A DNA stretch of 41,228 bases from an uncultured Victivallaceae bacterium (GTDB lineage: Bacteria; Verrucomicrobiota; Kiritimatiellia; UBA8416; CAYSRM01). Under the pieces are notes generated by a model. That model was not told the DNA's origin. It searched no databases and was given only the letters and a program-made list of their open reading frames with translations. Positions within the stretch are counted from its first letter, which is position 1, and each line of letters opens with the position of its first letter. This document shows positions 40,425 to 41,228 of this stretch, in pieces. The stretch spans positions 1-41,228 of the forward strand of contig CAYTRK010000001.1 of NCBI GenBank assembly GCA_964440205.1. The letters run 5' to 3'. A program made the position numbers and the translations under genes.

Positions 40425-41228
40425 CATTTTTTCGGTGGTTTCGAGGCAAATGCCCTGAAGGATTTGAGCGCACATTATCAGCGTAAGCAGGGTTAGTGTT
40501 GTGGTCGCTGATGTTTGGACAAGGCCGATGCCCGCGGCAAGTACGGCGCCTCCAGTTTTGAAGACAAACAGTTTGATGTTTGCTCGGCGCAGGAGGTATT
40601 TATCCTTGCTGATGGCTCCGATAATGCTCATTGCAAGCATTAGGGTAGCCACGGACCCGCATAACAGCCATCGGGTTGCATCCGGCATGGTATTTGTTCC
40701 TGACCGGACAGTGTTAGTTATACCCGCTCCGATAGCTGCGATAGAGATGACAATAGGCGCATGCAGGTAGCTCCAGACCAGTATCCACCAGATACCCCCC
40801 TGGAAGGGGCGAAAGATGATGTGGTCGAAATAGACCCACCATATTGCAAATGCGAGGCTGAGGCTGAGCGTTGAAATGACGACGGTCAGCAAGGTCGCGT
40901 TTTGACTGCTCGTTGCCCCGTTTATGATCCCGACAGCGCATTCGCCAAGCGCCAGTATTGTAAGCAGGCCGAACCTTTCCGGGATATGTGTACTGCTCAG
41001 TTTCGGCATCCGGGCCTGTATCCATATTGTTGACACGGGTGTAAGCAGGTCGATGGTGAGGCCGGCAATCCACAAAATGTAGCGCGCCGGAGGATTTGTA
41101 AAGGTCGACAGTATCCATAGCATGGCTGAAGCGGAGTAGCCGACACCGAATCTATGAGCAGCCTGCGATGTGAGGGGATCTATTTTGCTTGCCCGGAGCC
41201 ACATTGCGACATGGATAATGCGCAATGC
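40395..41228 (-). CDS. LtrA (low-temperature-requirement A)-family membrane protein, N-terminus beyond window
   Basis: The ORF is open to the window edge. It is polytopic, with the LtrA-type motif FAIWWVYFDH. Its stop at 40395-40397 overlaps the convergent CBM48 gene by 30 nt. Confidence 0.72.
   Translation of the reverse strand, partial: ALRIIHVAMWLRASKIDPLTSQAAHRFGVGYSASAMLWILSTFTNPPARYILWIAGLTIDLLTPVSTIWIQARMPKLSSTHIPERFGLLTILALGECAVGIINGATSSQNATLLTVVISTLSLSLAFAIWWVYFDHIIFRPFQGGIWWILVWSYLHAPIVISIAAIGAGITNTVRSGTNTMPDATRWLLCGSVATLMLAMSIIGAISKDKYLLRRANIKLFVFKTGGAVLAAGIGLVQTSATTTLTLLTLIMCAQILQGICLETTEKMSINKDYAIY

Noticed and set aside
1-41228. Scan for tRNA, rRNA, tmRNA, obvious riboswitches and sigma-factor genes.
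   Set aside because: None was recognised by eye: there is no GGTTCGAATCC-type T-arm in intergenic DNA and no rRNA-like stretch. A computational scan (tRNAscan-SE, Infernal/Rfam) would be needed to exclude small ncRNAs.

Overview
41.2-kb bacterial chromosomal window with about 38 protein-coding genes. I found no rRNA, tRNA, CRISPR array, transposase or integrase by eye. All protein calls come from reading motifs in the supplied translations; no database search was possible, so novelty cannot be verified here.

Layout:
- (1) 0.4-7.8 kb, housekeeping-like genes: secreted HExxH metallopeptidase, PIN-PhoH2 ATPase, lipid kinase, FmdB zinc ribbon, HU, a zinc-finger-less ClpX paralog and a Mut7-C RNase.
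- (2) Three copies of a ~105-bp TTAG-flanked palindromic MITE/REP-like element at 7869, 9391 and 19808. Two full copies bracket a 10-kb all-minus-strand accessory block (9.5-19.7 kb): cupin, two tandem DJ-1-like genes, tautomerase, ThDP enzyme, a signal-less 4x DUF1566 protein, an MFS transporter and two Cys-less FGE-sulfatase-fold proteins.
- (3) 20.0-23.5 kb, a translationally coupled outer-membrane module: six-repeat 'GPDGxWFTDDD' protein, ShlB/FhaC-type Omp85 transporter and a Gcw_chp/TorF-like barrel.
- (4) 23.9-34.5 kb, the most unusual part: a seven-gene minus-strand operon joined mostly by 4-nt start/stop overlaps. It encodes a PLP decarboxylase, a SAM methyltransferase, a 1073-aa TLC-like transporter/HEAT/CNB fusion, a double-sensor Cache/HAMP protein, a mini CNB protein, a second sensor and a HAMP-PP2C (RsbU-like) phosphatase. 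The two extra sensors look like catalytically degenerate PP2C paralogs.
- (5) 34.7-40.4 kb, a divergent six-gene operon: AGE-like barrel, STAS (RsbV-like), GlgX, RsbW-like kinase, PfpI/DJ-1 and a Lys-rich CBM48 mini-protein. The partner-switching pair flanks a glycogen debranching enzyme, and no sigma factor lies in the window.

Main hypothesis (inference only): blocks 4 and 5 form one sensory system that couples a small-molecule or nucleotide signal to glycogen metabolism through a sigma-less partner switch. Gene content (RsbU-like sensor phosphatase without sigma-B, many FGE-fold and DUF1566 proteins) is compatible with a PVC-group or similar environmental bacterium, but that is only a guess.
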